A stretch of DNA of 64,000 nucleotides from Prochlorococcus sp. AG-355-B18 (GCA_003280965.1 QCDI01000008.1:26780-90779), one strand, 5' to 3'. Positions 10,026-21,182 are shown, numbered from the stretch's first letter. Notes: generated from the sequence alone by a model not told the origin. Translations and numbers: made by a program.

Positions 10026-11144
10026 TCAAATAATCTCTTTTTCATTGATGATCATATCATCGATAGTGAGTTTCATTATTTCTTCAATCGAGAGACCTTT
10101 TTTATATTGATTTATCCATTTCATAGCTTGATTTCCTTCTTCAAGGACTCTATGGATAGGTTCCAGAAGATGTTTCATATTAAATTTTTCTGCGGTTAAT
10201 GATAAATCTGATAGTAAGTCTTGAATCCATTCTCTACAAATAATTTTTTTGCCATCTTGCCAGTGAATTAACTCTGAATTCAGACTATCTTTTGCAGCAT
10301 AAATTTCATTTTGATCGCATATTTCTGATAATTCTTCAAAAGAAAAAATACTCGCAGTCAGGGGATCTAAAGTGTTTAAGTTGTCAAAAAGATGCAAAAT
10401 CCTTAGTTCTAGCATGGCTGTTATCCCCAAAAGCAAATTAATATCATGAACAAAATCACAAATTCTCAATTCCAAACGATCAAGAATTAAAGGCCTTTGG
10501 GGGCCATTTGGTCTGATTGAAGACCAAAAATGCCTTATATTTTGCATATTTTTATTAGCTATATTTTCCTCGATCCATTCGATATAGGAAGTATGATTGA
10601 CAAAAAAAGGTACTTTACTTGGTGTTTTAGGAAACTGAATCCACCTCTGAGAGTGATTTTCCGTAATTTTATTATTCAAAAAAGGTGAGCTAGCGCTTAT
10701 TGATAGATACAAAGCAGCCTCAGATCTTATTAATCTAATAGCAGCAAAAAGCTTATCTAAGTTCTCTATTCCTATATTTATATGGACACTTGAAGTTGCA
10801 ATAGAGATCCCATAGTTATCTTGTATAAATTGATGATAAACATTTTCAATATCAGATCTTTGAAATTGCAAATCATGTTTAAAACAAAGAGTGGATGAGG
10901 GAATGATTGTTAACCCTTTCTTGTTTAGCCATTGTCTTAAGTTTTTTCTTGGACTTATTAATTGTCTATGTAACAACATGTAGTCTTTTTCAGGTGTTGT
11001 TATGTATTCAACATTTCTGTTATCAGGCTCTTTCACAAAATTAGAAAAAATTTTTTCTACATCTGCTGAAACACCAATATGAGAATTAAAAGAACCTGTG
11101 AACAGTTCCACTTCAAAACCTTTATAAAGATTAAGCTTACTCAT
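10026..11144 (-). CDS. gshA: Glutamate--cysteine ligase (cyanobacterial GCS2 type)
   Basis: KGFEVELFTG, EPDNRNVEY, SVHINIG, SASSPF, RPNGP..RLELRICD. Confidence 0.85.
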   Translation of the reverse strand: MSKLNLYKGFEVELFTGSFNSHIGVSADVEKIFSNFVKEPDNRNVEYITTPEKDYMLLHRQLISPRKNLRQWLNKKGLTIIPSSTLCFKHDLQFQRSDIENVYHQFIQDNYGISIATSSVHINIGIENLDKLFAAIRLIRSEAALYLSISASSPFLNNKITENHSQRWIQFPKTPSKVPFFVNHTSYIEWIEENIANKNMQNIRHFWSSIRPNGPQRPLILDRLELRICDFVHDINLLLGITAMLELRILHLFDNLNTLDPLTASIFSFEELSEICDQNEIYAAKDSLNSELIHWQDGKKIICREWIQDLLSDLSLTAEKFNMKHLLEPIHRVLEEGNQAMKWINQYKKGLSIEEIMKLTIDDMIINEKEII

Positions 11145-12665
11145 TTATTTATCCAAACAGGCTATTGCTTTTAGTATCCCCTTAGCTTTATTAATAGTCT
11201 CTTGATATTCATTCTCAGGCGAAGAATCAGCAACTATTCCTGCACCTGCCTGGACTGATACATTATATGTTCCATCTTTTGAAGGTTTAACTATCATAGT
11301 TCTTATTGTAATTGCCGTATTCAACGCCCCATTAATATCAATAGATCCATAAACACCAGCATAAGGGCCTCTAGCATCTTTTTCAAAGTGTTTTATCAAC
11401 TGCATAGCTCTAATTTTTGGTGCACCAGTTACTGTTCCTGCGGGAAAACATGCTTTTAGCAAATCCCAAACATCTGTTTTGTTTTTTAAGATTCCTTCAA
11501 CTTCACTCACAATATGCATGACATGTGAATATTTCTCTATAACCATTAGATCTTTTACACCCACAGTTCCAATTTCGCAAACCCTTCCAAGATCATTTCT
11601 TCCTAGATCAATCAGCATTACATGCTCAGCTATCTCTTTTGGATCTTTTAACAAATCCTTTTCTAATTCCAGATCTTCTTGAGGATTATTACCTCTGGGC
11701 CTTGTACCAGCTATTGGTCTTAAGCTTGCAACAATCTGACTATTTTTGTTTTTTTCAGCTTTAACCATGACTTCAGGACTGGAACCTATGAGATACCATG
11801 AGCCAAAATCAAAAAACGACATATATGGAGAAGGATTAACCATCCTTAAACTTCTATATAAATTAAAGGGATCATTATTGACATGAGTATGAAATCTCTG
11901 ACTTATAACAATCTGGAAGATATCTCCTCTTCTTATATATTCTTTTGCGGAGAGAACAGCATCCTCAAAATCTTTTTTATTCCAATTACTTTTAATTTCT
12001 AAATTCAAATTTTCATTTTCGTTCCATTCTAAAAACTCTTTTTCTGCTAGAGGAACTTTCATTAAATTTCTAGTTTTGTTAATTTTAGAAATTGAGTTTA
12101 GATAAACTTCTTCAATAGACGACTCTTTAAAAGAAGTTGTATCTGCATAAACTACCGCGGTTATACATCGTTTTATTTGATCAAAAACAACTAATTGATC
12201 AAAAAACATCCAGGAACCATAAGGTATATTGTTTTCCTCAATTTCATTAATTGGAACACTTGGTTCTATGCGATTAATTAATTCATAACCCCAAGAACCA
12301 TACAACTGTCCAATTGATGGCAAATCGTCGAGCACGGATGACTTATATTCGTTCGTCCAAGTTCTTAAAATACTAAAAGGGTCCCCTTTGTGTATTTCAG
12401 TTTTTCCATTATTCCATGTTTTGACAATTTCTTCTCCGTAGCAAACAGCTTCCCAAAGAGGTTTAGTAGCAACAATACTCCACCTCCCCAAACTCTCACC
12501 ACCCTCTACGGACTCAAGGAAAACACCATGGGAATCTTTTTCTGATAACTTCAACCAAGTTGATAATGGAGTCTCTAAATCAGCTGGCCAAGTTTGAGTA
12601 ATAGGTATAAAATTTTTACCTTCTTTATAAGCCTTAAAAAAATTATCTTTATGAGAGCTGATCAT
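11145..12665 (-). CDS. trpE: Anthranilate synthase component I
   Basis: ADLETP, LESVEGGE, GDIFQIV, NPSPYM, PIAGTRPRG, EHVMLIDLGRND, PAGTVTGAPK. Confidence 0.96.
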   Translation of the reverse strand: MISSHKDNFFKAYKEGKNFIPITQTWPADLETPLSTWLKLSEKDSHGVFLESVEGGESLGRWSIVATKPLWEAVCYGEEIVKTWNNGKTEIHKGDPFSILRTWTNEYKSSVLDDLPSIGQLYGSWGYELINRIEPSVPINEIEENNIPYGSWMFFDQLVVFDQIKRCITAVVYADTTSFKESSIEEVYLNSISKINKTRNLMKVPLAEKEFLEWNENENLNLEIKSNWNKKDFEDAVLSAKEYIRRGDIFQIVISQRFHTHVNNDPFNLYRSLRMVNPSPYMSFFDFGSWYLIGSSPEVMVKAEKNKNSQIVASLRPIAGTRPRGNNPQEDLELEKDLLKDPKEIAEHVMLIDLGRNDLGRVCEIGTVGVKDLMVIEKYSHVMHIVSEVEGILKNKTDVWDLLKACFPAGTVTGAPKIRAMQLIKHFEKDARGPYAGVYGSIDINGALNTAITIRTMIVKPSKDGTYNVSVQAGAGIVADSSPENEYQETINKAKGILKAIACLDK

Positions 12666-12724
12666 ACTAATAATGTCAACCCAAATTATAATTATATTTT
12701 TCTTTTATATCAACTTTAAAAAAA

Positions 12725-13147
12725 TTAATCAAAAGTATTCTTTGTTGTGAATTTCAACCCAGCTGGATTAGGATTCTCACCTATTCTCCTTGGGTTGTGG
12801 CCGACTTTTTCTCTACCCTCATTAACTTTCTCAGGGAACACACCATCTTTTGGATGTAAGAATTCAATATCACCACCTGGGAAAATTCTGTAGATTTTGA
12901 AGTCCTCAATTCTTGGTTTGAAGGCACGTAATTGTGTTCCTAGTGCAAGACATTGCTCTTTTCTTGCAAAGTACATTAAATTATCGCCTTCATGCATAAT
13001 AGCGGCACCACCGGTGGGTAATTCAAAAGCTTGTTCTTTTGCGCTATTCCATACAATCGCATATTTTTCCTCAGTTTCCGCTGAGTTTAATAAACCCCCA
13101 GTACTTCCTATATGCTTTGGGAATTGACCAACTAAAGTTTCCGTCAT
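12725..13147 (-). CDS. psaD: Photosystem I reaction centre subunit II
   Basis: [38 protein letters not shown]. Confidence 0.98.
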   Translation of the reverse strand: MTETLVGQFPKHIGSTGGLLNSAETEEKYAIVWNSAKEQAFELPTGGAAIMHEGDNLMYFARKEQCLALGTQLRAFKPRIEDFKIYRIFPGGDIEFLHPKDGVFPEKVNEGREKVGHNPRRIGENPNPAGLKFTTKNTFD

Positions 13148-13256
13148 CCTTGATTTTGAGTTATTTATAATATGAAATTAGCATTCATATTTTACAAAAT
13201 TCAAAATTGATAAGAAAGTTTCTACATTATTTAATAAATGAAAAATTTTTTTTCTA

Positions 13257-14621
13257 TCATTTTGAATCTGAAATAGGAAAAAATACCGTCAAACCTGTAT
13301 CACGCCTTTGAGTAACATGTCCTCCTAAACTAGCTAACAACTTCTGAGTTGCATTTTGGCTTAATTGTAAACTACCTGTTTGAGGGTTCCAATTTAAAAC
13401 AGGACCAATATCAGAGCCATTTTCTCCTTTCAATATTTCTTTTGGATGACTATCTAATTTTTGGACCTTTAATTGAAGTTTGAGTTTTTGGCCAGCTGGT
13501 CTTAATTCTAAAATTAATGTACTGCCTTCCTGCAATCCTCTAGTATTTTTATCAATTAATCCACTTAGCATTAATTCTAATTTTTCAGAATCACTCAAAA
13601 TTTGTGGAAGTTGATTGGGGATATCAATCTTTAAAGAAATCCCACGTCGATTCAATTGTTTATTCCAAATAGGAGTAAGTTTTTTAAAAATTTCGGTTAA
13701 ATTAATTTTTGCCAAGTTATTTAACGAAGGAACTTCATTATTTACTAACTCTGCAGCATTAAAAATTAAACCGAACCTATCAATTTGCTCATTACATTCA
13801 TTATCTATTTGAATTAAACGATTTCTCATTGATTCATCCATATTATATTTTTTTAAAGTAGAACTTATAAGGGTTCTTATTGTTGCCAAAGGCGTTCTTA
13901 CTTCATGAGATATTGCACGTAATAATTTTGCTTCAGTTATTTGAACATTTTTTTCATCGTTTTTTGCAGAATTTTGTATATTATGATTTGGCGCAATACT
14001 TGCTAATTTTGCCGATAATATTGGCCAAAATTGTTGTTCAAATTGATTATCAATATTAAGGTTACCTAAATTATTAATTGCATTACGAAATTTTACTCCT
14101 TCCTCATAATTTTCTTGATTTAATTTTGCATGCATTAATTCAATTGAAAGTTTTAGGCTTTCTTCATCACACTTAATTAATAGAATTTTCTTATCTTTTT
14201 CTCCAACAATTGATAATATGCATTGAAAATTTGGGGTGATTATCATCAAAAAAGGTTCATAACCATCTTTTTGACTAAGATTTAAGACTTTATAATTACT
14301 AACTAAATCGCAATCTTTTTTTATCTTGTCTGAATTATTAACTGGTAAAAAACCTGCATTATCATTTTTAAAGTATGGAAATCCTTCTGGAGACCAAAGC
14401 CATCCATGAAGTTGATTAAAAAATTTTTCATCATTGAAAGCTGGCAAAGGAGAGGCAACCCAAATCCCCCCCTGTTTATAATTTTTAGATAGGAAATCTT
14501 TTTGAATAACTTCTAAAGAAGCCCACCACATTCTTCTGGATGTATCATCATCCACATATATAGTTTGAACTCCTTTAATAAGAAGGTCTTGAATTTTTCT
14601 TATCGTTATTTGTGATTTCAT
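13257..14621 (-). CDS. Soluble sensor histidine kinase with atypical ATPase domain (Hik34-like)
   Basis: H-box SHEVRTPLATI; degenerate N/G boxes (GLIDKNTRG, PQTGSLQLS); no TM segments; start overlaps the rodA stop (TGATG). Confidence 0.8.
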   Translation of the reverse strand: MKSQITIRKIQDLLIKGVQTIYVDDDTSRRMWWASLEVIQKDFLSKNYKQGGIWVASPLPAFNDEKFFNQLHGWLWSPEGFPYFKNDNAGFLPVNNSDKIKKDCDLVSNYKVLNLSQKDGYEPFLMIITPNFQCILSIVGEKDKKILLIKCDEESLKLSIELMHAKLNQENYEEGVKFRNAINNLGNLNIDNQFEQQFWPILSAKLASIAPNHNIQNSAKNDEKNVQITEAKLLRAISHEVRTPLATIRTLISSTLKKYNMDESMRNRLIQIDNECNEQIDRFGLIFNAAELVNNEVPSLNNLAKINLTEIFKKLTPIWNKQLNRRGISLKIDIPNQLPQILSDSEKLELMLSGLIDKNTRGLQEGSTLILELRPAGQKLKLQLKVQKLDSHPKEILKGENGSDIGPVLNWNPQTGSLQLSQNATQKLLASLGGHVTQRRDTGLTVFFPISDSK

Positions 14622-15889
14622 CAACTTCTTAGTGATCTAGAACGTTTCAATATAGATAAAACAAATCCAATAGATATAAAATTAGTCACCAATGACGTTC
14701 GACCATAGCTCATAAAAGGAAGGGGTATTCCAGTAACTGGGCCTAATCCAATAGTCATAAATAGGTTAATAATTATTTGGAATAAAAAAGTTGAAGCTAT
14801 TCCAATAACAACCAGAGATTCAAAGTTAGTCCTAGCAATTGTTGAAGTATTAATAAGTTTTTTAATCAAAAAAAAGAACAAAAATAAAACTATTATGCAA
14901 CCCAAGAAACCCAATTCTTCGCCTAAAGCACTGAATATAAAATCAGTGTGTTGTTCTGGTATAAATTGCAAATTAGTAAGCTTTCCTTTTAGCAAACCAC
15001 TCCCAAATAATCCTCCAGAACCAATTGCAATTTGACTCTGTATCAAATGATATCCACCACCTAACGGATCTCTATTAGGATCTAAAAATAAAACTAATCT
15101 ATCTTTTTGATATTCTTTTAAACCATATTGCCACAAAATTGGTGTCAATTTTGCCACTAATAAATGGAAAGAAATAGCGATAGCAGAAAAAATAATTTTC
15201 TTTTTTGAAGATCTATAAGCAAGATATCCTATAAATGGAATCCAGAAAATAAGAAGAGTTGGTAAGGTTAAATATAATGTAGAAGTGACAAGACAAAACA
15301 CTAATATCAAAATCCACTCTATGGGCATTTGCGACCAATAAAGCATCACACCTGTCAAAACAATTAACACTAAAGAGGTACCTAAGTCCGGCTGAAAGAA
15401 AATTAACAACCAAGGAACCACTACTACTAATAAGGGCATTACTAAATCCCCTATTGTTAAAATTATTTTTTTTTCGAGTACTAAAGCAAGAGTTAATACA
15501 GTACTCAGTTTAGCTACTTCTGAAGGCTGAAAAGAAAAGATGCCCAAGTTTAACCATCTTTGAGCTCCAGAAACTGATATCCCAAAAAAATAAATTAGTA
15601 GTAAGGATATTAATGTACACAAATAAAATGGGACTAAATACTTTTTAAGTCTCTCTAAAGGTATATAAGAAATAAAAAATGCTAGAAAATAACCTAAAAA
15701 ACCAGTTAAGATATGACTTAAATAATTCGACACTAAAAAATCACCCTGAATACTTTTTATTAAAAAACCAGAAATAATAACTAAAAACAGTGGAATTATA
15801 AGTAAAGGAGAAAGTAAAAAACCTCTATTAAAGTTTTCTTTTTTTGGTAAAAATCCTCTCTTATTTAATAAAAAAATTCTCCTAAACAT
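14621..15889 (-). CDS. rodA: Rod shape-determining protein RodA (SEDS family)
   Basis: GAQRW, FQPSEVAK, QPDLGT, YQKDR, IGSGG, IPEQHTDFIF, GIPLPFMSYG. Confidence 0.95.
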   Translation of the reverse strand: MFRRIFLLNKRGFLPKKENFNRGFLLSPLLIIPLFLVIISGFLIKSIQGDFLVSNYLSHILTGFLGYFLAFFISYIPLERLKKYLVPFYLCTLISLLLIYFFGISVSGAQRWLNLGIFSFQPSEVAKLSTVLTLALVLEKKIILTIGDLVMPLLVVVVPWLLIFFQPDLGTSLVLIVLTGVMLYWSQMPIEWILILVFCLVTSTLYLTLPTLLIFWIPFIGYLAYRSSKKKIIFSAIAISFHLLVAKLTPILWQYGLKEYQKDRLVLFLDPNRDPLGGGYHLIQSQIAIGSGGLFGSGLLKGKLTNLQFIPEQHTDFIFSALGEELGFLGCIIVLFLFFFLIKKLINTSTIARTNFESLVVIGIASTFLFQIIINLFMTIGLGPVTGIPLPFMSYGRTSLVTNFISIGFVLSILKRSRSLRS

Positions 15890-15892
15890 CAA

Positions 15893-16963
15893 TTATCTAT
15901 CAACAAATTGATTCTTAATTAATTGAGCTAAATTACTAAATGCAATAGAACTTTGTTTATTTGGCTGGCTTATTGATATTGGTATACCTTTATTGCTTTC
16001 ATCAACGAGAGGTATTTCAATAGGAATTTTTGCTAATAATGGTAAATCATTTTCTTTAGCTAATGTTTGTCCACCCCCCTTACCAAAAATTTCATATTTT
16101 TTACTTGGCATATCCGGCGGAATAAATACTGACATATTCTCTACAATTCCCAGTAAACGCACTCCGAGTTGTTTAAACATCGCTAATCCCCTCCTTGCAT
16201 CTTGCAAAGATACTTGTTGAGGAGTAGTGACAACAATAGCTCCAGAAATAGGAACAGATTGAGAAAGGGATATTTGAGCATCTCCTGTTCCTGGAGGTAA
16301 GTCAATAACCAAAAAATCAAGATTATTCCATTCAACTTGGTATAAAAATTGTCGGATAATACTATTAAGCATTGGTCCTCTCCATATAACTGGCTGACCT
16401 TCTTCTATGAGAAAACCCATTGATACCAATGAAATGCCATATTTATTTATTGGTATTAGCCTTTGATCAGTGCCACTACCTTCTGTAACCTTTGGATTCT
16501 GTTCGGCAACCCCCATCATTGAGGGAGTATTAGGTCCATAGATATCCGCATCCAGCAAACCAGTTTTTAAACCTAATTTAGCTAGAGAACAAGCGAGGTT
16601 CACTGCAATGGTACTTTTTCCAACTCCGCCTTTACCACTGCTAACAGCTATGATATGTTTAATCCCATCAATCTTCTGCAACTCAGGAACATTACTTTGA
16701 GTTATAGATTCTGTTTTGGAAGAATTATTATCTATTTCTATTTGAACATCATCAATATCTTCAAAATCCAGCAGTACTTTTCTAACCTCTTGTACAATTC
16801 TATCTCTCTGAGAATTTGCAAATGATGGTAATGATAATGTTACGATTACTCTCGGTATTGTTACTCTTACGTTTTTAATCCAAGCTAATTCAATTACATT
16901 TTTCTTTGATCCAGCATCTAGAACTCTTTGTAAAGCAAAATTCGCATCTTCTATCGTGGTCAT
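15893..16963 (-). CDS. mrp: Mrp/NBP35 Fe-S cluster carrier ATPase
   Basis: SGKGGVGKST, DADIYGP, WRGPML, DLPPGTGD, VTTPQ, ENMS. Confidence 0.95.
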   Translation of the reverse strand: MTTIEDANFALQRVLDAGSKKNVIELAWIKNVRVTIPRVIVTLSLPSFANSQRDRIVQEVRKVLLDFEDIDDVQIEIDNNSSKTESITQSNVPELQKIDGIKHIIAVSSGKGGVGKSTIAVNLACSLAKLGLKTGLLDADIYGPNTPSMMGVAEQNPKVTEGSGTDQRLIPINKYGISLVSMGFLIEEGQPVIWRGPMLNSIIRQFLYQVEWNNLDFLVIDLPPGTGDAQISLSQSVPISGAIVVTTPQQVSLQDARRGLAMFKQLGVRLLGIVENMSVFIPPDMPSKKYEIFGKGGGQTLAKENDLPLLAKIPIEIPLVDESNKGIPISISQPNKQSSIAFSNLAQLIKNQFVDR

Positions 16964-17121
16964 TAAATTTTTAAATATTTTGACAAAGTAGTCGACTGTT
17001 TAAAAGATTAAGAACTATGTCGAACTATCAAATAATAGGCAATAAGGTCCCCCTAAGAGAAATTATAAAGGGAAACTTATAATTAACCAAAAAATTTTTT
17101 TCTTCAAGATTTACTAAATAC

Positions 17122-18150
17122 ATGTTCAGAGAACCTCCTAAAAACTCGAGAGAAAAAACTAAAAATCTCTTATTAACTCTACAAGACAAAATTTGTTCAG
17201 GGCTTGAAAATATAGATGGCAAAGGGAAATTTATAGAAGAATCCTGGCTAAGAGACGAAGGTGGTGGTGGAAGATCAAGAGTATTGAAAAATGGTTCTAT
17301 TTTTGAGCAAGCAGGAGTAAATTTCTCTGAAGTACAGGGAAAAGAATTACCTCAATCTATAATCTCTCAAAGGCCCGAAGCAAAAGGTCATGAATGGTTT
17401 GCTACGGGAACTTCTATGGTGTTGCATCCTAAGAATCCCTATATTCCTACAGTTCATCTGAATTATAGATATTTCGAAGCTGGTCCTGTTTGGTGGTTTG
17501 GAGGAGGTGCAGACTTAACCCCTTTTTATCCTTATCTTTCTGATGTGAGAAATTTTCATGACGAGCATAAAAAAGCTTGTGAGAAAGTTGATGAAGATTT
17601 GCATAAAGTTTTCAAACCATGGTGTGATGAATATTTCTTCTTGAAACATAGGAATGAATCAAGAGGCATAGGAGGTATTTTTTATGATTATCAAGATGGT
17701 TCAGGCAATATCTATAGAGGCAACAATCAAAATGGAGAAGCATCAAAAGCTTCGCAAAGTATCAGCCAATCAAATTTAAATTGGGATGATTTATTTTCTT
17801 TAGCGGAAAACTGTGGTCAGGCATTCCTCCCTTCATATTTGCCAATTATTGAAAAAAGAGCTTCTCAAACATATTCATCGAAGGAAAGAGAATTTCAGCT
17901 GTATCGGAGGGGTAGATATGTAGAATTCAATTTAGTTTGGGATAGAGGAACTATTTTTGGACTACAAACTAACGGGAGAACTGAATCTATATTAATGTCC
18001 TTACCACCTTTAGCCAGATGGGAATATGGATATAAAGCCAAAAAAGGTTCTCGAGAGGAATTTCTCACATCAATTTTTACAAAACCCCAAGATTGGTTTA
18101 ATGATAAAGAGTTAGAGAAATTCTGTGTAGAAAATAATATCTTTGATTAA
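17122..18150 (+). CDS. hemF: Oxygen-dependent coproporphyrinogen III oxidase
   Basis: [51 protein letters not shown]. Confidence 0.97.
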   Translation: MFREPPKNSREKTKNLLLTLQDKICSGLENIDGKGKFIEESWLRDEGGGGRSRVLKNGSIFEQAGVNFSEVQGKELPQSIISQRPEAKGHEWFATGTSMVLHPKNPYIPTVHLNYRYFEAGPVWWFGGGADLTPFYPYLSDVRNFHDEHKKACEKVDEDLHKVFKPWCDEYFFLKHRNESRGIGGIFYDYQDGSGNIYRGNNQNGEASKASQSISQSNLNWDDLFSLAENCGQAFLPSYLPIIEKRASQTYSSKEREFQLYRRGRYVEFNLVWDRGTIFGLQTNGRTESILMSLPPLARWEYGYKAKKGSREEFLTSIFTKPQDWFNDKELEKFCVENNIFD

Positions 18151-18177
18151 AATTATCAAATAACTTTTTTAAGTATC

Positions 18178-18735
18178 TTAAATAGGTGTTTTAAATAAAG
18201 AACCGTCACTTTTTAATTGAAGTTTTTCTCCAAGTTCATTTTCTAAAGAGATTAATTCATCCCTATGCGCTCTTAATCTCATAAAAGTTGAATCATTTTC
18301 ATTTTCGTTAATCAACCTTAACTCAAATTTCTCCTCTCTTGCTGATTTTTTAAAATAAACAATTCCAGAAAAAGGGCCACCAATTAATCCCAAAAGAATA
18401 GGCCACCAACCTAATTCAGGATATATTTGAATAATTACTAATCCCAAAGCACAAGAACCAAAACCGCCAAGAAAACCTAAAAAAATTGCTAAAAATTTAC
18501 TAGAAACAACTTGACCCTTGAATATTAAAATTCTTTGTTCAAAATCGCCTCCTGTTTGCTTCCAACCCCTCAAATTAAGCCATTCACATAAACCATTTAA
18601 AACCTCAATTGGCTGCTGAGAGGATGAAATCTCAATGATGGTTGTTCTATCTTTACTGGAAGCCCTAAGAAAAAAAAATAATCCTATAGCCAAGAGAATT
18701 GTCAGCAATAATGTTGAATTTAAGGAATAGGACAT
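18178..18735 (-). CDS. ccb1: Cofactor assembly of complex C subunit B (CCB1-like; cytochrome b6 heme ci maturation)
   Basis: STLLLT..GLFFFLRASSKDR N-terminus, 3 TM segments, HRDEL near the C-terminus. Confidence 0.75.
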   Translation of the reverse strand: MSYSLNSTLLLTILLAIGLFFFLRASSKDRTTIIEISSSQQPIEVLNGLCEWLNLRGWKQTGGDFEQRILIFKGQVVSSKFLAIFLGFLGGFGSCALGLVIIQIYPELGWWPILLGLIGGPFSGIVYFKKSAREEKFELRLINENENDSTFMRLRAHRDELISLENELGEKLQLKSDGSLFKTPI

Positions 18736-18898
18736 TAAAAAAATTTTTCTATTAACTCGAGAATAAAAATTAAAGTTACATCATATTATAATTTTTTAGA
18801 ATTATTCTGTAAAATATTGCCATTAGATAAAAATTCTTAATTAAATAAAATCTTAAGTAATATTCTAATTCTTAAATCACATTAAATACTTATTAAAA

Positions 18899-19534
18899 AT
18901 GACTATTGAGAATAATAATATTGATCTTTTTTATAGCGATTTATCAGCAGATTTATACAATCTTTATAAAAAATCATCCTACCTAGCTATCGACACTGAA
19001 GCAATGGGTTTAATTCATGGAAGAGATAGGCTCTGTTTAGTACAAATATGCAATGAATTTAAAAGAACATCCTGTATAAAAATCGAACTTAATACATCTT
19101 CTTCACCTCATTTAAAAGCACTTCTTGAAGATGACAAAATTACTAAAATATTTCACTATGCGAGATTTGATGTAGCAGCTCTAAAATGCAATCTTGAAAT
19201 TAATACAAAAAATATTTTTTGTACAAAAATTGCTAGTAAGTTAGCAAGAACTTATACAAATAAACACGGTTTAAAGGATTTAATTAATGAGTTGTTAGGT
19301 ATAGAACTGGACAAAAGCTCGCAAAGTAGTGATTGGGGTAGCAACGAAGATTTAACAAAAGATCAATTAGATTATGCAGCAAATGATGTTAGATATTTGA
19401 TTGAAGCTATGCATAAATTAAAAGTTATCTTAAAAAGAGAGAATAGATATGAATTAGCTCAAAAATGTTTCGAAACAGTTTCTGTACATGCTGATTTAGA
19501 CATACTAAAATTCTCAAATATATTTGAACATTAA
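18899..19534 (+). CDS. rnd: Ribonuclease D / DEDD 3'-5' exonuclease
   Basis: AIDTEAMG, RLCLVQ, FHYARFD, QSSDWG, YAANDV. Confidence 0.9.
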   Translation: MTIENNNIDLFYSDLSADLYNLYKKSSYLAIDTEAMGLIHGRDRLCLVQICNEFKRTSCIKIELNTSSSPHLKALLEDDKITKIFHYARFDVAALKCNLEINTKNIFCTKIASKLARTYTNKHGLKDLINELLGIELDKSSQSSDWGSNEDLTKDQLDYAANDVRYLIEAMHKLKVILKRENRYELAQKCFETVSVHADLDILKFSNIFEH

Positions 19535-19537
19535 GAA

Positions 19538-19804
19538 TCAATCTTCAGTTATAAAATTATCTTCACCATCAAGTGTTTCCATAAGCTTATCAAGGATTCT
19601 TGAAGAACTTGATTGATCTCTATCATTTTTTTCACAAATTTTTAAAACATTTTTAGCAACTTGTATTTTTTCTTGAATAGTTTTCGAGCCTTCTTTTGCA
19701 ATTTGAATTTCTACTTTCTTTTTAGCAGAAGATAAGCTTATACTCATAAGTTTTGCAATCTCTGCACAAATTTTTAGATATTGCCGATCATTTATTGGAT
19801 ACAT
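19538..19804 (-). CDS. Hypothetical protein (88 aa; possible HTH)
   Basis: Fills the gap between rnd and the glycosyltransferase gene; helical pattern. Confidence 0.65.
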   Translation of the reverse strand: MYPINDRQYLKICAEIAKLMSISLSSAKKKVEIQIAKEGSKTIQEKIQVAKNVLKICEKNDRDQSSSSRILDKLMETLDGEDNFITED

Positions 19805-19839
19805 AAAAGAATTAATAATTAATAAGCTAGTGCCATTTA

Positions 19840-21069
19840 CTAAGATAACAAATGAAGGTTTATGGCATTTACGATTTTCTTACTTGCTCCGGATTCCCCC
19901 ATTCTTTTTTTGCCTATTTTTGCTTGTTCTAACCTATAAATTTTTTCTTTCAAAAGTAAACTTAAACGTTTTAAAAGAATTTTTTTGTTCTTGCAAACTA
20001 AAACACTACCGCCCAATAATCTTGATTGCCTTTTTGCAAATGATTTTGTGAATTGTGGTCCAGGTCCCGGTAGAGAGAGAGATGGAATTCCAAGGCCAGC
20101 GATTTGCTCTGTAGCAGTTCCTGCATTAGACAAGCCAACTTCTGCCATATTGGCCCATAAATTGAATTTACCTTTTCCAATCACTACATATTGATCTTTC
20201 TTTTTCCATACTGAATCTTCATTAATTAGAAATTTAACTTTACTCTGTTTTATAAAACCATATTTATTTAAATAATTTTGAATTTGAATCACATTTGCAT
20301 TAATACTCAAAGGCAAAAGAATAACCAAATCCTTTGATAAATGAAAATCTTGCAAACAATTTAGAAAATTATCAAGATTTTTAAGAGCTTCTGGATATCT
20401 ACTTCCAACTAATAAAATAATTCTTTTAAAAGAAATAATATTTGATATTTTATCGTTTGTTGCACTAACAAAATCCATCATTGGATTACCCAAGTATTTT
20501 GCATCAATATTTTTTTTATTCAAATTACTAGCTGTAATTTTATCTCTCATAATTAAATTTTTACATCTTGGAGATTTCATTAAAAACATTTCCCATGGAT
20601 CCCATTCAGAACCTTTCAACTTATGATAAAAATCGCTTAAAGCCCAACCTGGCCCACTACTCCAAGTATGATCACTTTTGGGAGTTCCAATGAAACTAAA
20701 TTCGCATTCTGAACTCCAAGCGTAGAGTAATGGCAAGAAATCGCCTACTGCGATAATTTTGCAGTAATGTTTTGACTTCTGTTTTACAAGTAGAAAATTT
20801 CTTAAATTATCGATTAAAAATCCTGCAAACAAATCAAGCACAAATCCCTTCAGACTTTGATTACTAAAACCTCCACTAGGCAGCTCTTTTAAAAATCCTA
20901 TTTTACGAAAATTCTTTGAATTTATGGAATTAAATACATCTCCATTTCCTACTAACGGCAAAACTTCAATATTTATATTTTTTATTTTTTTTAGTAATCT
21001 TTTTATTATCTCCGATGCGATTACATCTTCTCCATGACCATTGCATATAAATAATAGAGAATGAGACAC
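19840..21069 (-). CDS. Lipid-A-disaccharide synthase-related (LpxB-like) glycosyltransferase
   Basis: LLFICNGHGED, LPSGGF, YLGNPMMD, GSRYPEA, AGTATEQ..GPQFT..Q; GTG start at 21069, before the divergent tRNA-Cys. Confidence 0.8.
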   Translation of the reverse strand: MSHSLLFICNGHGEDVIASEIIKRLLKKIKNINIEVLPLVGNGDVFNSINSKNFRKIGFLKELPSGGFSNQSLKGFVLDLFAGFLIDNLRNFLLVKQKSKHYCKIIAVGDFLPLLYAWSSECEFSFIGTPKSDHTWSSGPGWALSDFYHKLKGSEWDPWEMFLMKSPRCKNLIMRDKITASNLNKKNIDAKYLGNPMMDFVSATNDKISNIISFKRIILLVGSRYPEALKNLDNFLNCLQDFHLSKDLVILLPLSINANVIQIQNYLNKYGFIKQSKVKFLINEDSVWKKKDQYVVIGKGKFNLWANMAEVGLSNAGTATEQIAGLGIPSLSLPGPGPQFTKSFAKRQSRLLGGSVLVCKNKKILLKRLSLLLKEKIYRLEQAKIGKKRMGESGASKKIVNAINLHLLS

Positions 21070-21111
21070 CTTACTGTTAAGATCATAAAAAGACTCAATC
21101 GAATCTTTTTC

Positions 21112-21182
21112 GGCGGCATGGCCAAGTGGTAAGGCAGAGGATTGCAAATCCTTTATCCCCAGTTCGAATCTGGGTGCCGCCT
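21112..21182 (+). tRNA. trnC: tRNA-Cys (GCA)
   Basis: Acceptor GGCGGCA/TGCCGCC; anticodon arm GAGGA-TTGCAAA-TCCTT; T-loop GTTCGAATC; CCA not encoded. Confidence 0.97.
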
